Below, one piece after another: positions 42,967-43,038 of a DNA stretch of 43,038 bases; within the stretch, counting starts at the first letter, position 1; each line of letters opens with the position of its first letter. The stretch spans positions 1 to 43,038 of the forward strand of contig JBBTAK010000011.1 in the NCBI GenBank assembly GCA_038044245.1, given 5' to 3'. Origin of the DNA: Nanobdellota archaeon. Lineage in GTDB: Archaea; Nanobdellota; Nanobdellia; Pacearchaeales; GW2011-AR1. Below the pieces are notes generated by a model. The model did not search any database and was not told the DNA's origin. It worked only from the letters and a program-made list of their open reading frames with translations. The position numbers and the translations under genes are program-made.

Positions 42967-43038
42967 GCCTGTGTAGCTCAGCCGGTTAGAGCGCAACATT
43001 GGTAATGTTGAGGTCCTGAGTTCAATTCTCAGCACAGG
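42967..43038 (+). tRNA. tRNA-Thr (GGU), truncated by the window end (last ~2 nt missing)
   Basis: GCCUGUGUAGCUCAGCCGGUUAGAGCGCAACAUUGGUAAUGUUGAGGUCCUGAGUUCAAUUCUCAGCACAGG. All stems pair. Anticodon loop UUGGUAA. Confidence 0.88.

Noticed and set aside
42796-43035. 79-aa minus-strand ORF at the window end.
   Set aside because: It overlaps tRNA-Thr and the 42638-42886 gene, and its translation shows no features.
1-43038. CRISPR arrays, rRNA genes, IS elements with terminal inverted repeats, integrase or transposase genes.
   Set aside because: I saw no regularly spaced direct repeats, no rRNA-like conserved blocks and no recombinase catalytic motifs on either strand. The only integration signals are the short tRNA-Lys-derived repeats reported above.

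Overview
Gene-dense, AT-rich archaeal chromosomal segment. Archaeal information-processing genes run throughout: aRF1, RpoL, TFS, MBF1-like, RadB, Nre, type IA topoisomerase, family-B DNA polymerase, FEN1, RFC large and small subunits, L41e, CDC48, Trm5 and endonuclease III. Tight gene spacing, many small orphan membrane proteins, TATA-like boxes 20-32 nt upstream of many ATGs (leaderless-type starts) and ~100-nt tRNA introns fit a small-genome DPANN-type archaeon; that assignment is inference only. I found four tRNA genes: Lys-CUU with a 114-nt intron, Glu-CUC with a 98-nt intron, Gln-CUG, and Thr-GGU cut by the window end. I found no rRNA, CRISPR array, intein or classical IS element. The accessory content is small but unusual. 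(1) A free-standing LAGLIDADG homing-endonuclease gene sits in the 3' end of the Nre repair gene. It appears to have supplied a replacement PCNA-binding tail, and the displaced original tail survives downstream as an orphan. (2) A second LAGLIDADG gene runs into the first 15 nt of tRNA-Gln. (3) A mazEF-type toxin-antitoxin pair is bracketed by a 12-bp direct repeat of the tRNA-Lys 3' end, and the tRNA 5' end is duplicated (14 bp) 58 nt upstream. (4) A HEPN (RNPYTH) protein overlaps the end of topA inside an AT-rich islet. (5) Several orphan cassettes occur: a 305-aa plus 188-aa pair next to tRNA-Lys, an ORF wedged between polB and fen1, and a HerA/DUF87 ATPase with a polytopic membrane protein. 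All calls come from reading the translations and sequence by eye. No database search was run.
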